DNA of 63,995 bases, filler included, from Octopus bimaculoides (lineage: Eukaryota): assembly GCF_001194135.2 (NCBI RefSeq). It is 7 parts of 5 records of this genome, joined end to end, with 100 filler letters (N's around TTAATTAATTAA, not from the genome) between each part and the next. Parts side by side here need not be neighbours in the genome. Positions count along the whole stretch, not along the records: positions 26,600 to 51,380 come from NC_068996.1; positions 51,481 to 58,543 come from NC_068989.1; positions 58,644 to 62,570 come from NC_068981.1; 4 more parts are not named here. The stretch is one strand, 5' to 3'. This document shows positions 51,212 through 62,570 of this stretch, one piece after another. Within the stretch, counting starts at the first letter, position 1. Every line of letters begins with the position of its first letter. A program made the translations under genes and the position numbers. Below the pieces are notes generated by a model. That model was not told where the DNA came from, ran no database searches, and saw only the letters and a list, made by a program, of their open reading frames with translations.

Positions 51212-51480
51212 CTTCTCACGGACGTGCTGTCACATCGGTTGCGAAGGTAAACGTTTATTTGACCTTTTATTGTCCACATTTTGTTGGAATTTTTAAATAA
51301 TTTTGTTGCGAAGCACCTAGGCTTCATTTGTGTGTATTTTCAAGGGCAGGAATTGGCCCCCAGGGGCAGTTTCGGCCCTANNNNNNNNNNNNNNNNNNNN
51401 NNNNNNNNNNNNNNNNNNNNNNNNTTAATTAATTAANNNNNNNNNNNNNNNNNNNNNNNNNNNNNNNNNNNNNNNNNNNN

Positions 51481-52187
51481 GGATAGCTGTGTGAAAAAGT
51501 GCCACACCCTAGCAGTTGAGGGAACCTGTGGAAGAAGTAGGCCCAGGAAGACCTGGGATGAGGTAGTGAGGCACAACCTTCGAACATTGGGCCACACCGA
51601 GGCGATGACTTCTGACCGAGACCTTTGGAAATATGCTTTGCGTGAGAAGACCCGGCAAGCCAAGTGAGACCTAAATCCAAAGCCTCTGCCAGGGGTGTAG
51701 CCAGCCCACTTATGCATACCTTTCCTTCATTGGACACTAAACTCCGCTTGCGAACATCTGTTGGGGCAAGCGAAAACGTGATGGCACCTGTGCCAGAGCG
51801 TTGCCTTCCTGGCACTTGTGCCGGTGGCACGTGTAAAGACATTCGAGCGAGATCGTTGCCAGTGCCGCTGGACAGGCTCCTGTACAGGCGGCACATANNN
51901 NNNNNNNCGTTGCCAGTGCCGCTGGACAGGCTCCTGTACAGGCGGCACATAAAATACACCATTTTGAGCATGGCCGTTGCCAGTACTGCCTGACTGGCCT
52001 TTGTGCCGGCGGCACATAAAAACACCCACTACACTCACGGAGTGGTTGGCGTTAGGAAGGGCATCCAGCTGTAGAAACTCTGCCAAATCAGATTGGAGCC
52101 TGGTGTAGCCATCTGGTTCACCAGTCCTCAGTGAAATCGTCCAACCCATGCTAGCATGGAAAGCGGACGTTAAACGATGATGATGAT
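51481..52187 (+). mobile_element. RTE-clade LINE 3' end with long 3' UTR and (GAT)n tail
   Basis: DSCVKKCHTLAVEGTCGRSRPRKTWDEVVRHNLRTLGHTEAMTSDRDLWK...*; ends CATGGAAAGCGGACGTTAAAC(GAT)n. Confidence 0.88.
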
Positions 52188-52262
52188 AAATAAAACATAA
52201 AAAAACAGAGTTGGAATTCTTTTGAATAATATATTCCTCTATACACAATCATACAAACCCCT

Positions 52263-52297
<35 letters not shown>

Positions 52298-52324
52298 TAT
52301 ATAAAAAAAAGAATTCACAAAAAA

Positions 52325-54198
52325 AACAAAGGACGAAGACAGGTGGTGTAGACAACAAACAGATGTATTAGTTTAATGTTAGGGAAGTGAAAAAGTCTTT
52401 AATGTTTCGAGCCTACACTCTTCCACAGAAAGAAATACAGACACAAACAAGGAGAGAAAATAAAGAATTTGTAGTGGCTAGTGATCTATCATGGTGAATG
52501 CCGGACAGAGGGGTCACATAGGAGAGCAGAAAGAAAGGGAGATAATAAAGTAGTGGTGCACGTGCATGTGTATAAGAAAGTATGTATGTGTATAGAAGAG
52601 GGCTGGTGACCTTGACGTGTGCATGTGTGTAGGTGTAAGCATGTGTATGTGAGGCTGGGAAGTGGTCAGTGCTAGTTTGTGCATAGTGGTGTAATGTGAT
52701 GTGGTGTTGTGTAGTATGGTGTAGTGGTGTGATTGTGTTGGGAGGTGGGGGAAGCAAGGGTGGGGTGTGGGTTAGGCTGAGGGTGGAGTATGTGGGAGTG
52801 GGTGTGAGGTGTGGGATGGGATGGATAGGGAAGGTGGGGTTAGGAGGGGGGGGTGACGATGAAGGGGGACGGGAGAAGGTGGGTAAGAGTGAAGAGAAGA
52901 GAAGAGTCAGAGCAAGAGAGGAGAAGTAGATGGGAGGAAGTAGGTGTGAGGGGGAGAGAGGAGGAGAGTTGAGCCCATGTAGTGCAAAGGAGCGCAGAGA
53001 GAAGATTAATCCCTGTTCACGGGGCAAACGGGAGTCCGAATGGCCCCTGTGCAAGGANNNNNNNNNNNNNNNNNNNNNNNNNNNNNNNNNNNNNNNNNNN
53101 NNNNNNNNNNNNNNNNNNNNNNNNNNNNNNNNNNNNNNNNNNNNNNNNNNNNNNNNNNNNNNNNNNNNNNNNNNNNNNNNNNNNNNNNNNNNNNNNNNNN
53201 NNNNNNNNNNNNNNNNNNNNNNNNNNNNNNNNNNNNNNNNNNNNNNNNNNNNNNNNNNNNNNNNNNNNNNNNNNNNNNNNNNNNNNNNNNNNNNNNNNNN
53301 NNNNNNNNNNNNNNNNNNNNNNNNNNNNNNNNNNNNNNNNNNNNNNNNNNNNNNNNNNNNNNNNNNNNNNNNNNNNNNNNNNNNNNNNNNNNNNNNNNNN
53401 NNNNNNNNNNNNNNNNNNNNNNNNNNNNNNNNNNNNNNNNNNNNNNNNNNNNNNNNNNNNNNNNNNNNNNNNNNNNNNNNNNNNNNNNNNNNNNNNNNNN
53501 NNNNNNNNNNNNNNNNNNNNNNNNNNNNNACTGGAGTCGCCAGAAGGCTCAAAGAATGGTGCATTTGAGAGGTGGGGTGGTAGGTGAGGGGAAACGGGAG
53601 ACAGCAGGGCGGGTGCGGGGGGAGAGAGCAGATGCATGATCCACAGAGCGTGCTCTGGCAAGGGCAGTGTGGATAGTAGTGAGGGGATATCCACATAGAA
53701 TGATGTGGCGAGCCATGAGCTGAGACTGAGTCTCAAAGTCATGGTCGTCACTACAGAGCCTGCGTAGACGGAGGAATTGGGAATAGGGGATGGAAAGCTT
53801 GGTGTGTTTAGGGTGGGAGGAGGAGAAGTTGAGGTATGAGAGTGAGTCTGCGTGTTTGTAGTGGATGAAGGTGGTGAGAGTGGAGTGATGAATGCTGACC
53901 GAAATATCAAGGAGACAGTGGTATCAGAGATAGAGCAGGAGAAGTGGAGGGAACGATGGAAAGATCTGTCAAAAGAGAAAGGAGTCTAGATGTTTGGGGG
54001 AGAGTGAGGTCGCATCGATACAGTCGTCAATATAACGGCCGTATAGTTCAGGAGTGGGATCCGTGAAACTTGAGAATATTTGGGCCTCAACGTAGCCCAC
54101 ATTCGCATAATTGGGGCCCATTCTCGTTCCCATGGCCACTCCCGAGAAATGCGGGTAAAAATCACCAGCGAACGAGAAACAGTTGAGTTAGAGGACAC
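52325..54198 (-). mobile_element. Neptune-type PLE, 5'-truncated, GIY-YIG largely in a gap
   Basis: NCFSFAGDFY..GVAMGTRMGPNYAN, YGRYIDD, LDISV...HYKHADSLSYLNFSSSHPKHTKLSIPYSQFLRLRRLCS and REQGLIFSLRSFALHGLN; pyrimidine-rich 3' UTR; terminal hammerhead-like motif. Confidence 0.9.
52396..52433 (-). ncRNA. Hammerhead-like motif with a non-canonical core at the PLE 3' end
   Basis: TCTTT-CTGTGGA-A-GAGT-GTAG-GCTC-GAAAC-ATT-AAAGA: stems I and II are intact, while the core has A6U and the 15.2/16.2 pair is mismatched. Confidence 0.45.
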
Positions 54199-54200
54199 AT

Positions 54201-55012
54201 ATCATCATCATCATCATTGTTTAACGTCTGCTTTCCATGCTAGCATGGGTTGGACGATTTGACTGAGGACTGGTGAACCAGATGGCTACACCAGGCTCCA
54301 ATCTGATTTGGCAGAGTTTCTACAGCTGGATGCCCTTCCTAATGCCAACCACTCCGAGAGTGTAGTGGGTGCTTTTATGTGTCACCGGCACGAAGGCCAA
54401 TCAGGCGGTACTGGCATCGTCCACACTCAAAATGGTGCATTTTACGTGCCACCTGCACAGGAGCCAGTCCAGTGGCACTGGCAGCAATCTCGCTCAAATG
54501 TCTTTACACGTGTCACCAGCACAAGTGCCAGGAAGGTGACGCTGGGCACAGGTGCCATCACGATTTTGCTTTCGCTTGCCCCAACAGGTCTTCGCAAGCG
54601 GAGTTTAGTGTCCAATGAAGGAAGGTACGCATAGGTGGGTTGGCTACAACCTTGGCAGAGGCCTTTGATTTAGGTCTCACTTGGCTTGCCAGGTCTTCTC
54701 ACGCACAGCATATTTCCAAAGGTCTCGGTCAGAAATCATCGCCTCGGTGAGGCCCAATGTTCGAAGGTCGTGCCTCACCATCTCATCCCAGGTCTTCCTG
54801 GGCCTACCTCTTCCACAGGTCCCCTCAACTGCTAGGGTGTGGCACTTTTTCACACAGCTATCCTCATCCATTCTCGCCACATGATCATACCAGCGCAATT
54901 GTCTTTCTTGCACACTACAACTGATGCTCCTTCGGTTCAACTTTTCTCTCAAGGTACTTACACTCTGTCTAGTATGCACACTGACATTACACATCCATCG
55001 GAGCATACTGGC
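54201..55012 (-). mobile_element. RTE-clade LINE 3' end, same family as 51481-52187
   Basis: MLRWMCNVS...LRWYDHVARMDEDSCVKKC...GRGRPRKTW...; (ATC)n tail at 54201. Confidence 0.9.
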
Positions 55013-55043
<31 letters not shown>

Positions 55044-55049
55044 CATATA

Positions 55050-55381
55050 GCCTTCTAGCACTTGTGCTGGTGGTATGTTAGAAAATCATTCAAGCGAGGC
55101 CATTGCCAATCCCGTTGGACTGGCTCCCGTGCAGGTGACACGTAAAAAACACCATTTTGAGCGTGGCCGTTGCAAGTACCGTGTGACTTGCCCTCGTGCC
55201 GGTGGCACGTAAAAGCACCCACTACACTCTCTGAGTGGTCGGCTTTAGGAAGGGCATCCAGCTGTAGAGGTTCTGCCAGATCAGATTGGAGCTTGGTGCA
55301 GCCTTCTGGCTTGCCAGTCCTCAGTCAAATCGTCCAACCCATGCTAGCATGGAAAGCGGACGTTAAACGATGATGATGATG
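55050..55381 (+). mobile_element. 3' UTR-only copy of the same RTE family (other pieces at 60188-60339 + and about 62076-62175 -)
   Basis: TAGGAAGGGCATCCAGCTGTAG...CCCATGCTAGCATGGAAAGCGGACGTTAAAC(GAT)n. Confidence 0.88.
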
Positions 55382-55426
55382 GTACACACACACACACATA
55401 TATATACCCCAAATCCCCTCCCTTCC

Positions 55427-55932
55427 CAATTCTACGGCATTCAAGCAGGCTATCCACATGCTAGAAAATAACAGCCAAATCTCACAAACCTGCGATAGCA
55501 TAATGAACACCAATAGGCTGTTTTTTTTTTTTCGTTTTAGTGACCGGGCGCTGCTGCGATCCTTTTACTGTTTCACTATAACNNNNNNNNNNNNNNNNNN
55601 NNNNNNNNNNNNNNNNNNNNNNNNNNNNNNNNNNNNNNNNNNNNNNNNNNNNNNNNNNNNNNNNNNNNNNNNNNNNNNNNNNNNNNNNNNNNNNNNNNNN
55701 NNNNNNNNNNNNNNNNNNNNNNNNNNNNNNNNNNNNNNNNNNNNNNNNNNNNNNNNNNNNNNNNNNNNNNNNNNNNNNNNNNNNNNNNNNNNNNNNNNNN
55801 NNNNNNNNNNNNNNNNNNNNNNNNNGTAGATTGATTACATATTTCTTTCATTATGTTATCGCAGTTTTGTGAGATTTGGCTGCTCTTTCTAGCATGTGGA
55901 TAGCCTGCTTGAAGGCCAAGGCCGGAGAATTG
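55427..55932. mobile_element. MITE-like element with about 80-bp imperfect inverted arms around a gap
   Basis: TCAAGCAGGCTATCCACATGCTAGAAA...GCCAAATCTCACAAA..TGCGATA.CATAATGAA at 55441-55507 is mirrored at 55847-55912. Confidence 0.6.
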
Positions 55933-56297
55933 AAATTTTGAAAATGCGATTTTTGAAAAAAAAATTTTCAGAATCGGATACTCCATAACCAAAAACGTGG
56001 GTTTCTGAAAAAAAAAAAATAATAATAAATCAATATATATTCATTTTCGCGAAAGTTATGACGGAAAAAGCGGATCTTGTGAATTTTCCGAAAGTCCTCT
56101 CCGCAGGTTCGTTTGTGCAAATTCGTTTTCTATACAGTTGTTAACCTCAAGCAGGCCGGATTATTTTTTGTTTTTGTTAACGGGTGAAGGTTTTTATATT
56201 AACCGAAATAAATATGCTCTTTCACAAATTCTCTGACTCAAATAAATCAATCTATTAATAAGAAAATATACAAAATACGGTAATTGTTCAATTTAGA

Positions 56298-56609
56298 GAG
56301 TAAATAAAAATTAAGACGGAGATAACTAGTAAGTCAACTTACTGTTAAGCAACAAATGCTGTAGTAAGGTAACAGCGAATTACAATTTTCGCACGTGTAT
56401 AAATGCATAATTAGACGACGCCGTGCTAACCACTGAAAAATCTTGTCTCGTGATTCGGCTAAATGGGTGATATGCCAAGATTAATTCACGGTTGACGATT
56501 TGAATTTCTGGAACGATGAATTGCGGTCCCGCTAGTCTTCCACGTGTCATTCTGATCAATTCCAAAGTAAATAATAACTAGTTATCTCCCCCTTAATTTT
56601 TATTTACTC
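56298..56609. mobile_element. MITE-like element with 33-bp imperfect TIRs
   Basis: GAGTAAATAAAAATTAAGACGGAGATAACTAGT versus the reverse complement of 56577-56609, GAGTAAATAAAAATTAAGGGGGAGATAACTAGT. Confidence 0.6.
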
Positions 56610-58200
56610 ATTTATTAACCCTTGGCTGCACAATTACCCAAAATACATGTATGCATATGTACACTTACATACATACACGTATACACGGAGAGGTTCTTGT
56701 GTAGCTGAGCGGGAAGTATTGAGATAATTACAAATCTGAAAGTATTACGGAAAATGTGATCGTCGAAAATTCATTTTTTTCTTTTTATGACTCAATTACC
56801 AACAAACAGATCTAAAATAGTCTCGCCTCCCTTTTAGGTGTACGGGACAGAGGACAAAAAGAGGGAAAATATGACTTCTAATTTTACTTTATCCTGTTGT
56901 ATTTTATTCTAAATTTCCTGTTTATGTGTATCATNNNNNNNNNNNNNNNNNNNNNNNNNNNNNNNNNNNNNNNNNNNNNNNNNNNNNNNNNNNNNNNNNN
57001 NNNNNNNNNNNNNNNNNNNNNNNNNNNNNNNNNNNNNNNNNNNNNNNNNNNNNNNNNNNNNNNNNNNNNNNNNNNNNNNNNNNNNNNNNNNNNNNNNNNN
57101 NNNNNNNNNNNNNNNNNNNNNNNNNNNNNNNNNNNNNNNNNNNNNNNNNNNNNNNNNNNNNNNNNNNNNNNNNNNNNNNNNNNNNNNNNNNNNNNNNNNN
57201 NNNNNNNNNNNNNNNNNNNNNNNNNNNNNNNNNNNNNNNNNNNNNNNNNNNNNNNNNNNNNNNNNNNNNNNNNNNNNNNNNNNNNNNNNNNNNNNNNNNN
57301 NNNNNNNNNNNNNNNNNNNNNNNNNNNNNNNNNNNNNNNNNNNNNNNNNNNNNNNNNNNNNNNNNNNNNNNNNNNNNNNNNNNNNNNNNNNNNNNNNNNN
57401 NNNNNNNNNNNNNNNNNNNNNNNNNNNNNNNNNNNNNNNNNNNNNNNNNNNNNNNNNNNNNNNNNNNNNNNNNNNNNNNNNNNNNNNNNNNNNNNNNNNN
57501 NNNNNNNNNNNNNNNNNNNNNNNNNNNNNNNNNNNNNNNNNNNNNNNNNNNNNNNNNNNNNNNNNNNNNNNNNNNNNNNNNNNNNNNNNNNNNNNNNNNN
57601 NNNNNNNNNNNNNNNNNNNNNNNNNNNNNNNNNNNNNNNNNNNNNNNNNNNNNNNNNNNNNNNNNNNNNNNNNNNNNNNNNNNNNNNNNNNNNNNNNNNN
57701 NNNNNNNNNNNNNTTTTACTTTATCCTGTTGTATTTTATTCTAAATTTCCTGTTTATGTGTATCATTTCATTTTCTCTTTGTATCCAACAGCCGAGCCTT
57801 TGTCTCATCAGTTTCCATTACTGGTCCAGTGAAGTGTCACTAATAGCCAAAATATTATATAAACTACATTTATTAAGCTTGCAAGTGGTCAGCTCCAAAT
57901 TTCCAATGAATACAGTGGGGAAAGAACTCTACTAAATTGAGTGGGTGCTTTGTACAAGTGGTGAAAATGCATATGAACAAAGAAGCGATCGAAAAGCAAA
58001 ATAAATAAATAAGCGTGTAATATGCAACAGAGGCAGTAAACAGAAATAAAACCCTAAAGCTAAAACTAGCACAAACGCACGAACGATGTCATAAATAACN
58101 NNNNNNNNNAAGATCCCATCACACAGTGGTGACATTTAGTAGAGATGACCCAGAAGTTGCTCTTCGATTACTATCGCATACAGCAGTAGCTTTCTTCAGC

Positions 58201-58543
58201 TGAATACACGTCGTTGATTGGTTAAAGTTACCCAAATGCGACAATTTAACACGAAATAACTTCTGAAATGCAAAATTTTGTCAAAAATGTTGAAAGTAAA
58301 CCGTGTTCAGCGTGAGAAATTACACCAGTATACGAAGTTTCATACTGATTAGTTTTAAAAAATGCATCTTTCTGAGTTGGCGGACACCATTTTTTATTTA
58401 TTGTTTTCTACCGAAACACTTTAAAACTTCGTATACTTGTATATTTTGTCTTATGGAACAGAGAAAAAATTTTATATTCGAAGTTATTTCATGTTAAAAG
58501 TTGTCGTATTTCTGTAATTTCAACCAATCACTGACGTCTATTG
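58201..58543. mobile_element. Palindromic MITE with long imperfect TIRs
   Basis: TGATTGGTT.AA.TTAC..AAAT.CGACAA...TTAACA.GAAATAACTTC at both ends, plus an internal AGTATACGAAGTTT/AAACTTCGTATACT inverted pair. Confidence 0.75.
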
Positions 58544-58643
58544 NNNNNNNNNNNNNNNNNNNNNNNNNNNNNNNNNNNNNNNNNNNNTTAATTAATTAAN
58601 NNNNNNNNNNNNNNNNNNNNNNNNNNNNNNNNNNNNNNNNNNN

Positions 58644-59664
58644 ACTTTGAGACTCAGTCTCAACTCATGGCTTGCCACTTCATCCTTCGTGGATATTCCC
58701 TCACCACTATCCACATCGCCCTTGCCAGAGCACGTTCCATGGACCGTGCATCTGCTCTCTTCCCCCGCACCTGCCCCACCCTCACCCATCTCCCGTTTCC
58801 CCTCACCTACCACCCCACCAGCCTACCTCTCCAATGCACCATTTTCTGAGCCTTCTGGCAACTTTAGTTTGACCCCTTCACTTTGCACATCTTCCCTAAC
58901 CTACCCCTTCCCTCCTTCAAACGAACCCACAACCTGCGAGACCTCTTGGTCCACAGCTCCTTCCTTAACCCAACCTCCCAACCTGGCTTGTTCCCCTGCT
59001 CCTGCCCACACTGTCGCACTTGCCCTTACCTCTCCAACACCACCGTCCTCACAGGCACCCATCATNNNNNNNNNNACCTCCCAACCTGGCTTGTTCCCCT
59101 GCTCCTGCCCACACTGTCGCACTTGCCCTTACCTCTCCAACACCACCGTCCTCACAGGCACCCATCATCAACCCTATCATATCACTGACTCCTTCACCTG
59201 CACTTCTAGCAACATCATCTACTACATCACCTGCTCTCTCTGTCCTTCTCTATACATCGATCAAATAGGTTGCCGCTTGGCTGACTGGTTTGCGGAACAC
59301 CTCCGAGACATCCAACATGGCAATGACCCCCTCCCCAGTCTCACGCCATTTCCACTCTACCAGTCACTCTTTAAAACACCTGTCTGTGTTTGGATTGTCC
59401 TTGCACAGGGGCCATCCACACTCCTGTCTTCATCATGAGCAGGGATTAATCTTCTCTCTTTGCTCCTTTTCACCACATGGGCTCAACTCTCCTCCCCTCT
59501 TTATCTAACCCTCCTCCTCTCTCCTCTCTTGCCCTCACACCTACTTCCTCCCACCCACCTCTCCTCGCTTTCTCTGGCACCTACTTCCTCTCTTCACATT
59601 TACTCACTTTCTCCCTTCCACCCACTCTCTTCATCGTCACCCCCTCCCTCGTTACCCCCCATCT
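58644..59664 (+). mobile_element. Neptune-type PLE 3' part (thumb, Cys linker, GIY-YIG), same family as 52325-54198
   Basis: LPFPLTYHP, SFKRTHNLRDLLVHS, CSCPHCRTCPY, SFTCTSSNIIYYITCSLCPSLYIDQIGCRLADWFAEHLRDI and EQGLIFSL..PHGLN; C-rich tail. Confidence 0.9.
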
Positions 59665-60479
59665 CTATACATCCCATCCCACCCNNNNNNNNNNNNNNNN
59701 NNNNNNNNNNNNNNNNNNNNNNNNNNNNNNNNNNNNNNNNNNNNNNNNNNNNNNNNNNNNNNNNNNNNNNNNNNNNNNNNNNNNNNNNNNNNNNNNNNNN
59801 NNNNNNNNNNNNNNNNNNNNNNNNNNNNNNNNNNNNNNNNNNNNNNNNNNNNNNNNNNNNNNNNNNNNNNNNNNNNNNNNNNNNNNNNNNNNNNNNNNNN
59901 NNNNNNNNNNNNNNNNNNNNNNNNNNNNNNNNNNNNNNNNNNNNNNNNNNNNNNNNNNNNNNNNNNNNNNNNNNNNNNNNNNNNNNNNNNNNNNNNNNNN
60001 NNNNNNNNNNNNNNNNNNNNNNNNNNNNNNNNNNNNNNNNNNNNNNNNNNNNNNNNNNNNNNNNNNNNNNNNNNNNNNNNNNNNNNNNNNNNNNNNNNNN
60101 NNNNNNNNNNNNNNNNNNNNNNNNNNNNNNNNNNNNNNNNNNNNNNNNNNNNNNNNNNNNNNNNNNNNNNNNNNNNNNNNNNNNNNGTTAGGAAGGGCAT
60201 CCAGCTGTAGAAACTCTGCCAAATCAGACTGGAGCCTGGTGTTGCCATCCGGTTTCACCAGTCCTCAGTCAAATCGTCCAACCCATGCTAGCATGGAAAG
60301 CGGACGTTAAACGATGATGATGATGATGATGATGATGATATACACACACATACACATAATTTAACAACTTCACCAATGTACTACTCTGGCCTACTTCTTT
60401 ATTTACCAACCCTGAAAGGGTGAAAGGAAGAGCAAGATTCTGTTCAATATTGAACAGACAAAAATCTTGAAGACATGAG

Positions 60480-60600
60480 TTCCTTTAAATACCTGGATCC
60501 TCTTTGAGCAACGATGGTAGCTCAATTAAGGAAATTAAAATCTAAATTCATCTTTGCCCTATCTGCCATGACATAACTGAATGCTTTATGGAATCCAGTT
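60480..60600 (+). mobile_element. Small LINE RT remnant
   Basis: FKYL.SSLSNDGSSIKEIK resembles the RTE FKYLGS.IS.DG...EI motif. Confidence 0.5.
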
Positions 60601-61092
60601 TTCCCATGAAGCTCTTTGGTAGTGGTCCAGTCCATATTGTCTCTCAGCAGCTGGTTGCTGCATTGTTTAACGTTTCCAATAACTTGTAACTTGTAACTAA
60701 TTATGTATATTTATCTTCTCTGTTTAGTTTCCATTGTGTAGTGTTGCAGAGGAGTATTGTCAACCAAATTACTAACCTGACAGGTAACAGATGGTGTTTA
60801 CTTCGGTAGTAATTCTGCCTGTTAACGAATGGTGTGTGAGACATTATCATTGTCTATTTGATGTAAAACTAATATATAGTGTAACCATAATACCGGAATA
60901 CATTTATCACATGTTAATTGTAACTGTAGTTCTTATATCATGGGACTAGAGTTCTAATGAGGACAAGACCCAGTTGCCAAACCTTTTAGGGCTAAAAAGT
61001 AGGGTGTTTCCTGAGATTTATCAGGAAAAAATTGATATGTATGAGCCTAGAAATATGGTTCACATACATGCATAAACACACACACACACACA

Positions 61093-61930
61093 TATGGGGG
61101 TTGTCCCGAAAGTAATGCAGAAATGGGTGTAATGTTTTAACTGGCATAGGTCATTGAATTAGAAGAGTAACTCTTCCTCAATCACTATCATCACTATCGA
61201 CATAGTTTCCATCACAAGTGATTTATTTGTGCCATTGTTGAACCCAACTCTTGAATCTTTTTTGAAAAAGTTCAGGTTTGCACTGTTAGGCTTACTTTTT
61301 TGCAGCCCCTTTCACTTCATCTGTGTCATTAAATTGTTGTCCCTGAAGACTATTCATTGAACCAAACAGGTACAGGCCATCAGATCTGGACTGTACAGTG
61401 GATGGAGACAACTAGCCAACAAATTTTCTGATTACCAGATTTGTTACCAAAGATATGTGAGGTCATGCATTGTCATGTGAATCTTCTCAGAATCTTGTTC
61501 GACTTTTTCCTCCACTTTATAGCTTCTCATAAGCTTTTTAAGCATCTGAACGTATCACTTGCTGTTAACAGTACAGCTACCCTCCTGAAAATCAAAAAGA
61601 ATACCATCCTTATTATCCCCCTAAACAGTCACTATGACCTTCTGTGCCAATCACTGGCTCTTGTACATCATAGGCTTTGCAGAAAGAGGTGTGATGCCGT
61701 TCCATAGACTGAGTCTTTGTTACTGAGTCATAAAGATACAGCTATGTTTTATCTCCCATCACCAGATTGGGCAAAATTTGTGTTTTCATTGTCTTCAAAT
61801 GCTTCCCACAGATCAGAGCAAAGCAAACTGCTACCATTCACTCCTCCAAATTGAGAGTCAACTGCAGAGGCACTCACTTTCTCCACACCTTCTAATTCCC
61901 AAAGTCTTTCACCATTTCGCTTTAAAATAG
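61093..61930 (-). mobile_element. Degenerate mariner transposon
   Basis: VMGDKT*LYLYDSVTKTQS, GILFDFQEGSCTVNSK*Y, HDNA*PH and LYLFGSM.SLQGQQFNDTDEVK; TIR-like TATGGGGGTTGTCCCGAAAGTAATGC at 61093. Confidence 0.8.
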
Positions 61931-62077
61931 GAAGAAAGCAGGTACCAATAATAAAGGACCAGGCAACTACAGGCCTTAGCTGCCAATATCAATGCAGTAC
62001 CTTTAAACAATGCTAAGAGAGGTTTTGAAGAATGATGTTTCCAGGGAAGAGTGATTGTTGCTTGATGTTTATTTTAT

Positions 62078-62120
<43 letters not shown>

Positions 62121-62299
62121 ACAACAGCAAAAACATTTCATGTCTGTTTTTCATGCTGGCATGGATTGGATAGCTTAACAGGAACTGTTAACCTCAGCGG
62201 AATTTGTACTCAAAATACAAAGATGGATGAAACACTACTAAGCATTTTGTCCAGCATGCTAAGAATTATGTATTTGAATTTATGGAGGCTTGTTACATA

Positions 62300-62570
62300 A
62301 GGATGAAATCCTAGAAGTGGAATAGGTGCTTAATAAAACAGTGGGTTGCAGTCTGGGTGTGAAAGGAGGATGAGAGGAACTTACTGTAGACAAAAAGACT
62401 GAGTCCTAGACAGAGGAGAAGGAGAGAAGCTAACAGCAGACAGGTTACAGTAATTGGATAATGGGAGCTTGTTTTGACTGCATGAATTCCTTGAAATGGA
62501 AGAATTTACAGTTGGATGGGTAATTCAAGTCATGGCAGATGGTTGAACTGCTAGTGAGGGTGGGTTGACC
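62300..62570 (-). mobile_element. Possible CR1/L2-like LINE 3' remnant
   Basis: GC-elevated stretch with only weak resemblance to the SHP..V / SFFP C-terminal block. Confidence 0.3.

Noticed and set aside
51858-51950. Short direct duplications on both sides of gaps (also 56882-56934/57714-57766, 58972-59064/59076-59168, 63545-63605)
   Set aside because: Unmerged overlapping contig ends, i.e. assembly artefacts.
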